In this document: in pieces, positions 63,237-64,000 of the stretch
Numbering within the stretch: the first letter of the stretch is position 1
Layout of the letters: the number at the start of each line of letters is the position of its first letter
Origin: Paraspadella gotoi
Taxonomy: Eukaryota > Animalia > Chaetognatha
DNA: 64,000 bases
Assembly: GCA_051294375.1 (NCBI GenBank)
Contig: CM119263.1
Coordinates: forward strand, 8,870,908-8,934,907
Reading direction: 5' to 3'
The notes under the pieces: generated by a model
Database searches by the model: none
What the model saw: only the letters and a program-made list of their open reading frames with translations
Told to the model about the DNA's origin: nothing
Program-made: the position numbers and the translations under genes

Positions 63237-64000
63237 CCTTTGGAATCAACTATATTGGAGTCTCCGTTCACATTGTCGCCTGATGGCACAGTTTGGTGAC
63301 ACGTTTTTTCGACATCATTGTCTTCTCTGTTTTTGTTCTTCATCAAATTCGCCTCATTGACTCGAGACGCATTGCTTTCAGTGCCTTCAGAGAGTTTTCT
63401 GATGGAACCAGTCTGACTAAATCTATTGCATCTTCTTTTGTACCCGTCATCGCCACTCCCACGCGCCGATTCGCCCGCAAGAACTGTACTTCCGTTTTTA
63501 GAAGACACATCACCTATGCTAACTCGTCCGTTGTCTCCTGACCCAATGTCGCGGGTCCAATTACCAGGGAGCCAATGAGGAGACGTTTTCTCATTCGGAA
63601 CGGAGATGGAATCGGCGAGACCCTCGTTACCAAGATTCAATCGAGGACGAATTATTGTTGCTTCGTTGCCTCGAGGTGGAGGACGAATTTTCACCAGAGG
63701 GCAAACGATCTTTTTTACATTGTGACATCCAAAAAATTTCATTTTCGGTCTAGCATCAGGATAAACAGAAGGCCAATTCAATTTCCCAACATTGGTCGAA
63801 GAAAAAATACAAAAGACCTCGCGCCTCCTTTTCAATCGCCAGCGAATCCCCGTCGACCCTCTCTCTTCGCCATGACGACGCGTTTTCCGCCCACCGACGT
63901 TCCTCCCTCGTTTCTTTTCGGTTATATTTCTTTCTCGCCGGCTTCGTCTTCCGTCGCGTCCAACGCACAAAGCAAAACCACGTCTAATGGGCGTGGCTTC
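63237..64000 (-). CDS. Large coding exon (5' end outside window) of an unidentified, probably cell-surface protein
   Basis: About 254 stop-free codons to the window edge; GG|GTAAGT donor at 63236; joins in frame (DSKG-RLEAH) to the 62566 exon. Confidence 0.65.

Overview
AT-rich, microsatellite-dense eukaryotic (animal-like) genomic DNA from a draft assembly with N gaps. I see no prokaryotic genes, CRISPR or rRNA, and most ORF-track entries are translations of simple repeats. Much of 1-45 kb is the same loci represented two or more times, one fairly clean copy plus indel-riddled copies that look like unpolished long reads: 1-4.9k ~ 9.3-14.2k; 25.4-32k ~ 14.6-23.4k; 40.9-42.3k ~ 23.5-25.4k; 43.2-43.8k ~ 44.3-44.9k; inverted 0.3-2.6k ~ 36-38.9k. 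The main biological object is a ~6 kb minus-strand LTR retroelement. It has ~390-bp TGT...ACA LTRs, a PPT, a candidate TTGC(T) target duplication, and a decayed gag with a dead CX2CX4HX4C knuckle and a long acidic E/V/A repeat. No pol is recognisable; in its place is an antisense segment with 4-5 canonical spliceosomal introns. The right third holds two Helentron/DINE-1-like elements, degenerate TTAGGG-like arrays, a probable + strand exon with weak Rel/NFAT IPT resemblance, and the last three exons of a minus-strand gene ending in a Ser/Thr/Ala-rich stalk and hydrophobic, GPI-like tail. All alignments and translations were done by eye; coordinates in noisy copies are approximate.
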